Source: Kiritimatiellia bacterium (lineage in GTDB: Bacteria > Verrucomicrobiota > Kiritimatiellia > RFP12 > UBA1067). From it: a stretch of DNA of 64,000 nucleotides. How positions within the stretch are numbered: the first letter of the stretch is position 1; every line of letters begins with the position of its first letter. The stretch spans positions 9,508 through 73,507 of the forward strand of contig JAWOEI010000028.1 of the NCBI GenBank assembly GCA_046482825.1, written 5' to 3'. Positions 41,249-50,415 of the stretch are shown in pieces. The notes beneath the pieces are model-generated. The model was not told the DNA's origin. It did not search any database and saw nothing but the letters and a program-made list of their open reading frames with translations. Made by a program: the position numbers and the translations under genes.

Positions 41249-41652
41249 CGGAAAATCTCCCTGATCCCTCCAGCTGCCTTTGTTTTTATGACAGGAATCG
41301 GGATTACAGGCTCTTCCTAAAAAGGCAAAACTGACATATCGTTCTTTAACAACATGTTGTCGCTGGTAAAATTTGCAGGCCCGACAACTGACCGTCCCTT
41401 ACAGCCTCAACATTTTATCATTTAAGGAATTTTTTAGCAAACTGCAGAAACACACAACGCAGCTCTGAAAAAACTGTGTATTTTTAGCCGTTGTATTTAT
41501 CTGGTATTTGAGTTATTTTCATAACTGAGTTTACATACAGTCAGATTAAAACCCACTGATTCGTGTACATGAAGATGTACATAAAAACAATTGTAGAATC
41601 TTTCGCGTGGCCGCAATGAATCCTCATTCCGTAAATTCGCACAAGGAGAACC

Positions 41653-42261
41653 ATGAATAAACTATTGATGATGCTGCCGCTGTTAATATGCGGGTGCCTT
41701 GGATACCCTGAAAAGGTTCATCCGGTGAAAAATTTTGAACTCCACAGATATCTGGGTAAATGGTACGAAATTGCGAGATTCGATCATTCTTTTGAACGAG
41801 GCCTGGAATCCGTTAGCGCCGAATACAGTATGCGTAAGGATGGAGGTTTACGCGTCGAGAACCGAGGATTTTCGCAGGAAAACAAAGAATGGAAAGAGGC
41901 GGTTGGAAAAGCATTTTTTGTTGAAAATACAGAGACTGGATATTTGAAAGTGTCCTTCTTCGGTCCCTTCTATGCATCATATGTAATTTTTGAACTGGAT
42001 AAACATGATTATCAGTATGCGTTTGTGACGAGTTCAAAAAAGTCCTATGTATGGCTCTTATCCCGGAAACCTCAAGTATCGGAAAAACTTAAAGAACGTT
42101 TCATAAATGTATTGCAGAACAAGGGTTATGATCCGTCAAAACTGATATGGGTTAAACAGGAACAGGCGCCTGACAGCAAACAGCAGGCCGGATGCCCTCA
42201 TCCGGCGCAGCAATGTAGCAGCACACAACGCAGTATGCAGACGGCCAGATTTTCAGACTGA
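41653..42261 (+). CDS. blc: Bacterial lipocalin (Blc-like outer-membrane lipoprotein)
   Basis: Lipobox LLICGC and the lipocalin signature YLGKWYEIARFDHSFERG. It carries a C-terminal extension of about 30 aa (Q/S/A-rich) compared with typical Blc. Confidence 0.85.
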   Translation: MNKLLMMLPLLICGCLGYPEKVHPVKNFELHRYLGKWYEIARFDHSFERGLESVSAEYSMRKDGGLRVENRGFSQENKEWKEAVGKAFFVENTETGYLKVSFFGPFYASYVIFELDKHDYQYAFVTSSKKSYVWLLSRKPQVSEKLKERFINVLQNKGYDPSKLIWVKQEQAPDSKQQAGCPHPAQQCSSTQRSMQTARFSD

Positions 42262-42398
42262 GTGGATTTTTCATTTTCTCTGACAATCTGTTTTTTTTGC
42301 GTGTTTCAAATCTTTGTGCTCTCTGTGGTTTCAAGCAAATTGCCAAAGGTCCTGCTTTTTGCTACCCTTTTCCGCCAAACCATCAAAGGAGAACTATC

Positions 42399-43499
42399 AT
42401 GGGACTTGGTGTAGGAATCGTAGGGTTGCCTAATGTCGGAAAATCAACTCTGTTCAACGCCCTGACACGCGCACAGAACGCGGAATCGGCCAATTACCCT
42501 TTCTGCACCATAGAGCCGAACAAAGCTTCGGTTCCCATGGCAGATACCAGACTCGAAAAAATCGCGACTGTTGCCAAACCGGAGAAAGTTGTGAAAGCCA
42601 CCGTGGATTTTATCGACATTGCCGGTCTAGTCAGGGGCGCTAGCAAAGGTGAGGGTCTCGGTAACAAGTTTTTAGCCAACATCCGGGAAGTTGATGCGAT
42701 TCTTCATGTAGTCCGCAGTTTCAATGATGACGATGTGGTTCATGTTGAAGGTGAAATCAACCCGGTACGTGACATTGAAATCATTGAAACCGAGCTGGTG
42801 CTGGCGGACATACAATCGCTTGAAAAAAGAATTGAACGTATTTCAAAACAGGCACGCGCGGACAAGGAACTGCGCAAAGAAGTCGAATCCATGGAAAGGC
42901 TTCTTGCTCATCTTAATGATGGGCACCCGGTCCGTACCTTTGACTACGAAGAAAGCGATCCTGTTGTCACAACTATTAAAGAATCTCAGTTTCTGACCGG
43001 AAAACCGGTTATCTACTGCGCCAATGTAAGCGAGGAAGATCTGGAATCCCCCACTGATTTCGTTGCGGATGTTCAAAAGTTCGCCGCATCCAAAGGCTGT
43101 GATGTGATCACCGTGTCCGCAAAAATGGAATCCGAACTGGCAGGACTTTCGGATGAGGAACGCAACGACTTTCTTGCATCATACGGACTTGAAGAAAGCG
43201 GACTCGATCAGACTGTCCGCATGGCCTATCACACTCTCGGTCTGGCCAGCTACTTCACCGCTGGACCCAAAGAGGTCAAGGCCTGGACATTTCATCGGGG
43301 CTGGAAGGCCCCCAGATGCGCATCGGTAATCCATACCGACTTCGAGCGCGGTTTTATCCGCGCCGAGGTTATCTCCTGTGATGAATACCTTGCACATAAC
43401 GGAGAAGCCGGTGCCAAAGCAGCCGGTGTAATGCGGGTGGAGGGAAAAGAGTATGAGGTCCGGGACGGCGATGTGATGCACTTTCTGTTCAACGTCTGA
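42399..43499 (+). CDS. ychF: Redox-regulated ribosome-binding ATPase YchF
   Basis: MGLGVGIVGLPNVGKSTLFNAL, DIAGLVRGAS and a TGS-like C-terminus. AAAGGAGAA ribosome-binding site. The track start at 42297 runs through an intergenic repeat. Confidence 0.95.
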   Translation: MGLGVGIVGLPNVGKSTLFNALTRAQNAESANYPFCTIEPNKASVPMADTRLEKIATVAKPEKVVKATVDFIDIAGLVRGASKGEGLGNKFLANIREVDAILHVVRSFNDDDVVHVEGEINPVRDIEIIETELVLADIQSLEKRIERISKQARADKELRKEVESMERLLAHLNDGHPVRTFDYEESDPVVTTIKESQFLTGKPVIYCANVSEEDLESPTDFVADVQKFAASKGCDVITVSAKMESELAGLSDEERNDFLASYGLEESGLDQTVRMAYHTLGLASYFTAGPKEVKAWTFHRGWKAPRCASVIHTDFERGFIRAEVISCDEYLAHNGEAGAKAAGVMRVEGKEYEVRDGDVMHFLFNV

Positions 43500-43537
43500 A
43501 GCTGTTGCTTTCTATTACAGCCGCACTGTTTACCAAC

Positions 43538-44248
43538 TCACTCCGCCTGCGGATCTTTGTTCAGAATAATAACGCCGGGAATGCGTTTATCAGCAGCAAC
43601 CCATCCGTTGGTCCATTCAGTACCCGGATCGAAAGCTGCAGGATCGGGGAGGATATCGTCATCAGTTCCCCTTTTTTTGTCCGGACCGGCAGAAAGAAGA
43701 ACTAGTTTTTCACCATCCTGCGGTCGATAGAAAAACGGGGTATTCCAGGGATCGCCCCTCAGCTGATTGATATACGGTCCGACCCACTCAGGCTCGCCGG
43801 GATCACGGACTAGAGCGGCAAGTCCCTGTTCCTCTGTCGGATATCGCCCCACGTGAAAACGATAGCGTCCAAGGGCCTCGGCCAACACATCCACATGGCG
43901 CATAGCCACATGATAGGACGACTCTTTTTTACGGACAGCAGATTTATCAGCCGCACTGAAAAGCAGCGCCCCCAGCAGAGCCAGTATAACTATCACCCCA
44001 AAATAGAAAGTCGGATGCCTGAAAATAGAGGGTGAAACTGTACCGTGCAACTCCTGTTTCTTCTGTTCATACTGCCTGTGTATCTGCTCTATTGAACGAC
44101 GCCGGGTCCTATGTTTTTCCCCAAGAGCCGCTGCGGTATCTTTGTCCACTTCAGGAACATTTATTGACATGTAACGCCCGCAATGCGGACACTTAGCCCC
44201 ACGCAGATCTTCAATAATCTTCTTACAGTATGGACAGCGGTATTTCAT
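43538..44248 (-). CDS. Zinc-ribbon / single-TM / GspG C-terminal-domain protein (pseudopilin-like, no prepilin leader)
   Basis: CPYC...CPHC zinc ribbon, TM helix FYFGVIVILALLGALLF, then the T2SS-G-like core GRYPTEEQGLAAL...GDPWNTPFFY...LLSAGPDKKRGTDDDI. The start is uncertain (ATG 44248 or 44293); the track start at 44398 overlaps hisI. Confidence 0.6.
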   Translation of the reverse strand: MKYRCPYCKKIIEDLRGAKCPHCGRYMSINVPEVDKDTAAALGEKHRTRRRSIEQIHRQYEQKKQELHGTVSPSIFRHPTFYFGVIVILALLGALLFSAADKSAVRKKESSYHVAMRHVDVLAEALGRYRFHVGRYPTEEQGLAALVRDPGEPEWVGPYINQLRGDPWNTPFFYRPQDGEKLVLLSAGPDKKRGTDDDILPDPAAFDPGTEWTNGWVAADKRIPGVIILNKDPQAE

Positions 44249-44372
44249 ATTCAGAAGTTGCAAATGGCTGGTGCCACCTGCTGACAGCTCCATACGTGCC
44301 GTAAAAACAGGTAATTGTGGTAATGAAATGCGCAGGCCAACAGGCACCAGCGCTGATCCAGCCGTAATCGGT

Positions 44373-44786
44373 TCAAGGATCGATATTTTCCAGTTCAAAA
44401 GTATCCATATTTATGCGACGATAATAACAGTTCCGCGGTTCGCCCTTCTGATTTTTCGTATGACAGATATTCCCGCGTTTCGGCCGCACAATGTAAACCA
44501 GAGAGTTCTGTTCACAGTTCACCCGGGCCTCAAGCAGCTCAAATGTTTCGCCGGAAGTCTTACCCTTCTCCCACAAAACCTTGCGCGAGGTACTCCAGAG
44601 AACCAGCATACGCTCTTCAAAGGCTTTTTTCATTGCAAATTCATTGGTATAAGCAACCAGGATAACTTCCCCGGTATCGGCATGCTGAACAGCCACAGGA
44701 ATTACATCTTTACAGTTCTCCGCAATTTTTGAGATTTTTTCAAAATCCAGCATCAGCCGGGTACCTTCTTCAAGCTCTTTACTCAT
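44373..44786 (-). CDS. hisI: Phosphoribosyl-AMP cyclohydrolase (monofunctional HisI)
   Basis: 137 aa with VPVAVQHADTGEVILVAYTN...WSTSRKVLWEKGKTSGE...VNCEQNSLVYIV...CHT. Confidence 0.85.
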   Translation of the reverse strand: MSKELEEGTRLMLDFEKISKIAENCKDVIPVAVQHADTGEVILVAYTNEFAMKKAFEERMLVLWSTSRKVLWEKGKTSGETFELLEARVNCEQNSLVYIVRPKRGNICHTKNQKGEPRNCYYRRINMDTFELENIDP

Positions 44787-44984
44787 TTGTACTTTTTCTC
44801 CATTATTATTCTATGCGTATCAGCTATCGCATCTTCAGCAGCAAGGATGTGTTTTTCAGAAATTGTGCAGGTGACAGCTGCAGGACTCACATCTTACGGG
44901 TGTATTTTTACAGAAAACGCTGTATGTTATCAACAATTCCAAGCACATGAAACCACAAACTTACAATTCATCTCGGCACCCTTC

Positions 44985-45026
44985 AAAAAAATCAGAAAAA
45001 AACGGCGTCGGTTACCCCGACGCCGT
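44985..45026 (-). terminator. Rho-independent terminator downstream of rhaA
   Basis: On the minus strand: ACGGCGTCGG, loop GGTAA, CCGACGCCGT, followed by TTTTTTTCTGATTTTTTT. The stem is 10 bp and perfect (plus-strand coordinates 45002-45011 and 45017-45026). Confidence 0.85.
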
Positions 45027-45055
45027 AAACCTTCATGTAATTTAACAACTCAAGC

Positions 45056-46318
45056 TCAACGTTTACTCAGCACATCGGATTCATACCGGGTAATTTCATT
45101 AAACCAGTCGAGTCCTACCGGAACACCCTGCTTCAGGCAGTAGTAATCCCAGACAGCACTCCACGGCATTGTCTTGAGTTCTTCGAACATCACCAAACGT
45201 TTAGTAAAGTCCATGTTCAATTCAGCCTCACGAATCGATTCAATAGGCTCGAGCATGGCAAAAAGCAGGGCCTTCACCATATTACGCGTACCTATAACCC
45301 AGGCGGCCACACGGTTGATACTGGCGTCAAAGAAATCCAGTCCGATGTGCACCTTCTCCAGTTGTCCGCTCCGCACCAGCTCTTTGGCTATCTGCTGCAG
45401 CTCATCGTCAAAACAGACTACATGATCGCTGTCCCAGCGAACCGGACGGCTTACATGCAGCAGAAGCTCAGGGCAGAACATCATAACCGAAGAAATCTTT
45501 TCAGAAATCACCTCTGTGGGATGATAATGCCCCGCATCCAGGCAGAGCAGCTTCTGACGTGACACAGCGTATCCCATGTAAAATTCATGCGATCCCGCAG
45601 TGTAGCTCTCTCCACCAATACCGAAAAGCTTGGATTCAACCGCATCCAGATGCAGGCGGGGATCAATCTTTTCAGCAAAACACTTGTCCAGTGAGTCCGC
45701 CAGACGGACACGCGGACCCCACCTGTCGGCTGGCGTATCCTTGTAGGAATCCGGAACCCAGAAATTAGTCACTGTCGCTGTTCCGAACTGACGTCCCATC
45801 TCGGCACCTATCACACGACAGCGTTTAGCATGCTCAATCCAGAAATCACGTATGCTTTGGTCGGGGTGAGCCAAGGTGAAACCGTCAGCAGCCTTGTCAT
45901 GCGAAAAGAAGGTGGGATTGAAATCCATTCCGTGCAATCTGTCTCTGCCCCAGTCTATCCAGCTCTTAAAATGCTCAGGCTCAATTGCATCACGATCCAC
46001 AAACACCCCGTTGTTATCAAGATAGCTGGCATGCAGATTAAGACGATGGGTTCCGGGAATAAGAGAGAGCGCCTTTTCAATATCATCGCGCAACTCCCCT
46101 ATTGTCCGGGCCTTCCCCGGATAGTTTCCTGTTGCCTGAATGCCTCCGCTGAGTTCCGATCCGCCGACACTCTCAAAACCGCCAACATCATCCCCCTGCC
46201 AGCAATTCATACTGACTGGCACTTCCTCCAGTGCAGCCATTGCGACATCCGTATCAACTCCTATCTCCGCATATTTTTCTTTGGCAATACGATAAGCCTG
46301 TTCGATCTTTTCGCTCAT
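45056..46318 (-). CDS. rhaA: L-rhamnose isomerase
   Basis: About 420 aa with RhaA-like [12 protein letters not shown] and LHASY blocks. Start taken at MSEKIEQ (ATG 46318). Confidence 0.9.
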   Translation of the reverse strand: MSEKIEQAYRIAKEKYAEIGVDTDVAMAALEEVPVSMNCWQGDDVGGFESVGGSELSGGIQATGNYPGKARTIGELRDDIEKALSLIPGTHRLNLHASYLDNNGVFVDRDAIEPEHFKSWIDWGRDRLHGMDFNPTFFSHDKAADGFTLAHPDQSIRDFWIEHAKRCRVIGAEMGRQFGTATVTNFWVPDSYKDTPADRWGPRVRLADSLDKCFAEKIDPRLHLDAVESKLFGIGGESYTAGSHEFYMGYAVSRQKLLCLDAGHYHPTEVISEKISSVMMFCPELLLHVSRPVRWDSDHVVCFDDELQQIAKELVRSGQLEKVHIGLDFFDASINRVAAWVIGTRNMVKALLFAMLEPIESIREAELNMDFTKRLVMFEELKTMPWSAVWDYYCLKQGVPVGLDWFNEITRYESDVLSKR

Positions 46319-46401
46319 AATAATCAACCTCTTCTGATCACGTAACACATTGTCACGGTCTGTTACAGGAGATGAACGCTTCATCTCTCATCATTCATAA
46401 T

Positions 46402-47466
46402 TCAAAGCTGCTTCTTACGGTAGGATTCAACCTCCCAGTTTTCTATGAATTCACGGGCGGAATCATTCATGTACTCAATTCCTCCAAAAGCGGCAGACAG
46501 CTTCTCCACCAGTGCTCCGTCCTTAGCCAGCTCCAAAGCAAGTGCGGCTCCTTTCTCACTGTCCGCAACCCCGAAAACATGCTGATTAAAGCTGAACACC
46601 AGCGGCAGATAACCGCGAACACGTCTGTATTTCTCTACACCCTCTTTTGTGGGAACACCCATGTATGGATAAGCCTTGGCATAAACCAGATGGTCAGGCG
46701 AAATCGGCCCCGCGGCAACATCGAAAAACCCTGATGCGGCTATTTTCAGATTTTCATCCCCCATCGCCTCATGAATCATACCAACGTCAGCCTCCAGAGA
46801 TATATCAGAAGCGGTCTGACCACATTGCAGTGATATGTCAATTCCGGCTTCGGCATACTCGCTTTCCAGAACATCCATGACTCCGCTGTATAATGAACGT
46901 ATCTTTTCAGGAGAATCGGCAGCAACAAAAACACCGTGATTCTTCAGAAAAATCAGTTTCGGTTCCACACCGTTTTTTTCCCTGTAACGCTGAATCTCTC
47001 TGCGGACCTGCATACAGAGAGTATAGCCTGGATCGATATAATCCAGCCATAGTGCATCAGGGAAGAGTTCAGAACAAACCTTCCTCCCGCCTTTGGCACA
47101 GGTCATACCGTTGACCAAAGAAGGATGTGTATGAACAACGTAACGGGCACTGAGGGTGTCGTGAAGCGGAGCTTCAACAGATGCGCGCCCGGGCATCTCC
47201 GGAAGTGTGGCTTCAGCCATGACATCTTTTACAAGAGCTTCACGTTTGGAAGGCTCCTCCGGAGTTTCAATATCATAAAGTTTTGATAATTCAGCTCTGT
47301 CGAGCGCCACAAATTTTCCGGGGGTCAGACTGCTCAGGGTTATTCCAGAAGGCTTGACCCATAGAGTTGTTTCATTTTTGCAGGAAGTGTTGCCTCCCCC
47401 TCCACGAACATAACGAGCGCCTCCGAATTCATGCGACAAAGCGGTTATAACAGAAATAATATCCAA
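46402..47466 (-). CDS. Class II aldolase/adducin-domain protein; candidate rhamnulose-1-phosphate aldolase (RhaE-like half, no SDR domain)
   Basis: 354 aa. The N-terminal GGGGNTSCK...LWVKPSG resembles the aldolase half of bifunctional rhamnulose-1-P aldolase/SDR proteins. It lies directly upstream of rhaA. Confidence 0.7.
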   Translation of the reverse strand: MDIISVITALSHEFGGARYVRGGGGNTSCKNETTLWVKPSGITLSSLTPGKFVALDRAELSKLYDIETPEEPSKREALVKDVMAEATLPEMPGRASVEAPLHDTLSARYVVHTHPSLVNGMTCAKGGRKVCSELFPDALWLDYIDPGYTLCMQVRREIQRYREKNGVEPKLIFLKNHGVFVAADSPEKIRSLYSGVMDVLESEYAEAGIDISLQCGQTASDISLEADVGMIHEAMGDENLKIAASGFFDVAAGPISPDHLVYAKAYPYMGVPTKEGVEKYRRVRGYLPLVFSFNQHVFGVADSEKGAALALELAKDGALVEKLSAAFGGIEYMNDSAREFIENWEVESYRKKQL

Positions 47467-47637
47467 TTTAATCCTCCAACAGCATTCATTTATGCTGACA
47501 TTATAGGAGAATCGGAAAATATATAAAACCGTTTAACACGACAATTTAACGTTGTTTTGCGTCAATATGCTATAAATTCCATTTTTCCCGCTCTTCCGGC
47601 CTTCTTTTGTTCTGTTCATGCCGGAATCATGCGAACC

Positions 47638-47676
47638 AAAAAAAGATAAGTGCGGCCTGCCGCACTCATCTTTTTT
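47638..47676. terminator. Bidirectional rho-independent terminator
   Basis: AAAAAA, GATAAGTGCGG, loop CCTG, CCGCACTCATC, TTTTTTT. The 11-bp stem has one mismatch and is flanked by an A-run and a T-run. It separates the K/P-rich gene from the aldolase-rhaA unit. Confidence 0.75.
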
Positions 47677-47783
47677 TCATTCACACTAAAGCTACCGCTG
47701 AACGGTTCCGCACCAGAACCTGTTTCATCAAAAGAACGCAACCATAATCCTAAACGTTTATTTTTATTCTCAATGCCGCAACT

Positions 47784-48845
47784 TCAGTTAACAACTCCCG
47801 GCCACATCTTGCCGAAACCCGCCTTCACAGATGCAAGACTGTTCGGTCCAGCGTTGGGTCCGACAGCATGCGATGCTAGGCAGATCACAAGCAGAATGCC
47901 TACTATTACAGCAGCAAGAGCTGCAATGCCGGCAATGGTGGTTAATACGGCACTCTCCTCCTTGACAGGAGTGAGATTCAGGTCGGAAACAGGTGTGAGT
48001 CCTTCAAAATCAGCTGATTCACCGCCAGCATCGTCGCCGGTACCGGAAACGTTCTTTTTCTTGATAGACAGCGGTTTTTTCTTAGCCCCTGTCTCGGATT
48101 CACCTTTCCCGCCGACAACCTCATGTGGAATCCGGGAAGTTTTCCCTATAGGAGCTGTGCCTTTTTTAGAATCATCAGCAGAAATGGGACTTGTGGCGGG
48201 AGAGGGCATCTTGCCGGTGCCAGCCAGTTTTGCGGGACGCTTCAACTTGATTGTTTTAGGAGCGCCGCTGCTTTTTCCGCTGGACATCGGGCCTTCCGGT
48301 GCCACACCTATAGCTGAATCAAGAGAAATACGTGAAGTCTTGGATTTAGCCGCATGCACCTGAGCATCAGACGGCGGTTTCGGTCCGGGGGGCAGCGGAT
48401 TGGAACCCGGTTTGTGGGAATCTTTCACCGGTTTCGTAGATGTATTGATGCCAGCCGGTTTAACAGGGGTTTTTTTCCCGACAGGTGTTATCGGAGGCTT
48501 ACTTGCAGCGGTTTTTCCATTCTCTCCTGCACCCACTGTCTTGACTGGACGAAGCTTGACTGTAGCCGGAGCTGAAGCTTTCTTTTTTACATTTTCCCCG
48601 TCAATATCATCCAGAGACGGAATCGGCACCCGTGCCGTAGGCCCTGATGAAATGGAAGAAACGGATTCCCTCGAAATGGCCTGACTTCTCTTTTTAGCTT
48701 CAGCATCCGCCACTTCCTGAGTCTCTGTTTTCGGGGCGACAGGTTTCATTTTTACATTGATAGGACGCGGTGCGCCTGGTGTAGCCTTGGGCGGTACGCC
48801 CCCTTTTTCATCTTCTGCCATGGTTAATTTACCTCCAGCTTTCAT
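47784..48845 (-). CDS. Low-complexity Lys/Pro/Gly/Ala-rich protein with a C-terminal TM anchor
   Basis: 353 aa, mostly predicted disordered. A basic motif recurs (INVKMKPVAP, TVKLRPVK, TIKLKRPAK, LSIKKKNVSG). C-terminal hydrophobic helix TIAGIAALAAVIVGILLVICLA. It follows frr after a 12-nt gap. Confidence 0.55.
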   Translation of the reverse strand: MKAGGKLTMAEDEKGGVPPKATPGAPRPINVKMKPVAPKTETQEVADAEAKKRSQAISRESVSSISSGPTARVPIPSLDDIDGENVKKKASAPATVKLRPVKTVGAGENGKTAASKPPITPVGKKTPVKPAGINTSTKPVKDSHKPGSNPLPPGPKPPSDAQVHAAKSKTSRISLDSAIGVAPEGPMSSGKSSGAPKTIKLKRPAKLAGTGKMPSPATSPISADDSKKGTAPIGKTSRIPHEVVGGKGESETGAKKKPLSIKKKNVSGTGDDAGGESADFEGLTPVSDLNLTPVKEESAVLTTIAGIAALAAVIVGILLVICLASHAVGPNAGPNSLASVKAGFGKMWPGVVN

Positions 48846-48856
48846 AAATGCCTGAA

Positions 48857-49420
48857 CTAGACAGACATCACCTCAGTCTCTTTGTTCTTAAGTTCCGTAT
48901 CTATTGCAGCTATATGACCATCGGTGGCCTTCTGCACAGCCGACATCCCCTGATCACGTTCGTCCTCGGTGATCTTTCCGTCTTTCTGCAACTTTTTTAT
49001 CGTATCATTGGCATCGCGCCGCACATTACGTATCGCCACACGGGACTCCTCCGCCTGACGTTTGGCAACCTTGACTATTTCCTTGCGGCGTTCTTCACTC
49101 AATTCCGGAATCGGAACCCTGATAATCCGTCCGTCATTCTGGGGGGTAACTCCAAGGTTCGCCGCCAGAATAGCCTTTTCGATTTCAGAGAGTACAGTGG
49201 GATCAAAAGGCGAGATTGTTATCAGACGCGGTTCCGGGGTTGAGATATTGGCGACATCCCGCAGGCGTGCAGGAGCACCGTAGTAAGTCACCTGAAGGCC
49301 GTCAACCAGTGCCGGAGAGGCCTTACCGGTACGCAAACCGTTGAAATTATCCTTCAACACTTTAACCGTGTTGTCCATTTTATCACCAATGTCTGAAAGA
49401 ACTTCTGCTACTGTTTCCAC
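48857..49420 (-). CDS. frr: Ribosome recycling factor
   Basis: 187 aa with LRTGKASPALVDGLQVTYYG...ERRKEIVK...IRNVRRDAND. Confidence 0.95.
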   Translation of the reverse strand: METVAEVLSDIGDKMDNTVKVLKDNFNGLRTGKASPALVDGLQVTYYGAPARLRDVANISTPEPRLITISPFDPTVLSEIEKAILAANLGVTPQNDGRIIRVPIPELSEERRKEIVKVAKRQAEESRVAIRNVRRDANDTIKKLQKDGKITEDERDQGMSAVQKATDGHIAAIDTELKNKETEVMSV

Positions 49421-49459
49421 GATATTCTCCTGTACTCAATAGTTAAACATTGCCATCGG

Positions 49460-50215
49460 TCAGCTCTGGTTACCGACAAACGTGCCGACTTCGGTCTCGC
49501 CGCGCACAATACGTTCCAGAGCTTCCTCATCAAAAAAATCAAAAACCACAATCGGTATGTCATTCTCCATACACAACGCAAAGGCCGCCGAATCCATCAC
49601 CTCATAACGCTTAGTCAGAGCATCCTCGTAGGAAATGCTGTTCAGCCGGGTAGCTTCGGGATTAAACCTGGGATTGGATGTATAGACACCATCCACCTTT
49701 GTGGCTTTCAGCACAACATCCGCTCCTATTTCACTCGCTCTCAAAGCAGCCGCCGTATCTGTGCTGAAAAACGGACTGCCGGTTCCGCCTGCAAATATGA
49801 CCACCCTTCCTTTTTCCAGGTGCCGCACTGCCTTCCGCTTTATAAAAGGTTCGGCCACTTCGCGCATTTCTATGGCGGTCTGCACGCGGGTATCCAGACC
49901 GATCTGTTCAAGCGCATTCTGCATAGCCAAACCGTTTATGATGGTTGCCAGCATTCCCATATAATCACCGGTTGTCCGGTCAACGCCCTTACTCTGACCT
50001 TTCAGTCCTCTGAAAATATTTCCGCCTCCAAGGACTATCCCTATCTGAACACCCATTTCCACAATATCGGCTACTCTGCCAGCCATAACAGCAAGAATGT
50101 CCGGGTCTATACATTCACCGGCGTCGCGATTGCCCAGAACTTCACCGCTCAATTTCAGCAGAATACGTTTATATCTGATTTCAGTATCCAGTTGCCCAGC
50201 CGCTCCTTTCAGCAC
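49460..50215 (-). CDS. pyrH: UMP kinase
   Basis: 251 aa with ILLKLSGE, GGGNIFRG and FAGGTGSPFFSTDTAAALRA. GTG start. Confidence 0.95.
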   Translation of the reverse strand: MLKGAAGQLDTEIRYKRILLKLSGEVLGNRDAGECIDPDILAVMAGRVADIVEMGVQIGIVLGGGNIFRGLKGQSKGVDRTTGDYMGMLATIINGLAMQNALEQIGLDTRVQTAIEMREVAEPFIKRKAVRHLEKGRVVIFAGGTGSPFFSTDTAAALRASEIGADVVLKATKVDGVYTSNPRFNPEATRLNSISYEDALTKRYEVMDSAAFALCMENDIPIVVFDFFDEEALERIVRGETEVGTFVGNQS

Positions 50216-50415
50216 AGTTGTTAAACATATATACAGGTTACATTAAAAGAGGGGCACAGGTAAATGCTTTTTTGCATGTTTTTGCCCGACACTAAAATAA
50301 GCTCATTCGTTATTCCAATATATCGCAAATTACGCTATATTGTAAACCGATCCATAAAAATGGATTTATTCACAAATCAATAAATACCATAAATACATTA
50401 AAGCATGGAGAAACT

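Noticed and set aside
42297-42398. An N-terminal extension of ychF (MRVSNLCALCGFKQ...).
   Set aside because: The extension is a translation of the repeat right arm. The canonical YchF N-terminus, MGLGVGIVGLPNVGKST, starts at 42399 with a strong ribosome-binding site.
47650-48363. A 237-aa plus-strand ORF antisense to the K/P-rich gene.
   Set aside because: It runs across the bidirectional terminator at 47638-47676 and has no ribosome-binding site. The minus-strand frame is contiguous with frr. Low-complexity DNA keeps both strands open, so some residual uncertainty is noted under the corresponding finding.
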